Origin: Geosiphon pyriformis uo1
Lineage: Eukaryota; Fungi; Glomeromycota
Length of the DNA stretch: 64,000 bases
Direction: 5' to 3'
NCBI GenBank assembly: GCA_016748015.1
Contig: JAAOMT010000572.1
Coordinates: 248,001 to 312,000 of the forward strand
Position numbers and translations under genes: made by a program. Below are positions 63,485 through 64,000 of this stretch, piece after piece; within the stretch, counting starts at the first letter, position 1, and every line of letters starts with the position of its first letter. Below the pieces are notes generated by a model that did not search any database, was not told the DNA's origin, and saw only the letters and a program-made list of their open reading frames with translations.

Positions 63485-64000
63485 ACGAAATCTACTATTA
63501 CTGATACATGTATATGGTTAAAGGGAATCTGATGACATAAATTAAGTATGACTAAAAGATAATTTTTTAATTATAATGAATAACAATTAATGGTAAAGTC
63601 AAGAGAAAAAATTCTCGATAAACAAAAACTTTTAAAAAAAATGGAACAATTAAATTCCGATCCCGACAAACATTAAGATAATAATTTAAAATATACATTC
63701 GGTTCATACAAGTAATATCCTGTCACACTTCCATCAATGCTAAATTCAATAAGCAAATCTGGCGCTCTCAGAGTATTGATTATAACTACGAGTATTACAA
63801 TTGTAATCTTTGCTTTGGTACAATCAAGAATTTTTGGTCAAAGTTGGAGGCCGAAGAGGGAGATTACAAAAGGAAAGCTTAAAAAACATTTAGAATTGTT
63901 GGATAAAAATTTCAGACGAAGAATTTATTCGAATGACATTGCAATAAATGATGGACAAAATTTTCAGGGTGGTGACTCATCAAACTCACCGCCAATAACT
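63485..64000 (+). repeat. Inverted duplicate of 47369-47883 (lipase promoter plus 5' CDS); continues beyond the window
   Basis: Reverse-complement match. By eye the coding part is identical; one 1-bp indel and two substitutions lie near the distal boundary. Confidence 0.95.
63737..64000 (+). CDS. Second copy of the class 3 lipase-like gene (5' part only, truncated by the window end)
   Basis: MLNSISKSGALRVLIITTSITIVIFALVQ... is identical to the gene starting at 47632. Confidence 0.9.
   Translation, partial: MLNSISKSGALRVLIITTSITIVIFALVQSRIFGQSWRPKREITKGKLKKHLELLDKNFRRRIYSNDIAINDGQNFQGGDSSNSPPIT

Noticed and set aside
47369-64000. Lipase inverted copies as TIRs of a giant transposon
   Set aside because: The repeats are gene plus promoter, no intact transposase lies between them, and the outer ends and any TSD cannot be assessed in this window.

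Overview
This is AT-rich, intron-containing fungal genomic DNA. The gene and TE content suggests Glomeromycota, probably Geosiphon/Archaeosporales-like (inference). There are three zones. (1) 1-17.4 kb is a TE graveyard: a FYR-like pseudogene, two tail-to-tail degenerate LINEs (APE-RT-RNase H), a solo LTR nested in one LINE's endonuclease region, and a tiny poly(A)/TSD retrocopy of a structured LINE 3' UTR. The LINEs are heavily eroded by C>T/G>A transitions. (2) 18-30 kb is a compact core-gene block: samB/MUB1, SPC34-like, Hikeshi/OPI10, CC2D1/Lgd-like and a MacroD macrodomain gene. (3) 30-64 kb is accessory: a small two-repeat Myb gene, a probable HMG-box pseudogene, six Sel1-repeat loci sharing an N-terminal cap, a Tc1 DD34E transposon, an Hsp20 and a decayed Fanzor2/TnpB remnant that the ORF track largely misses. 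It also carries a class 3 lipase lacking its catalytic serine, whose promoter and 5' coding region recur as a near-identical inverted copy 16 kb away at the window end. All calls were made by eye without database searches, and exon boundaries are predictions.
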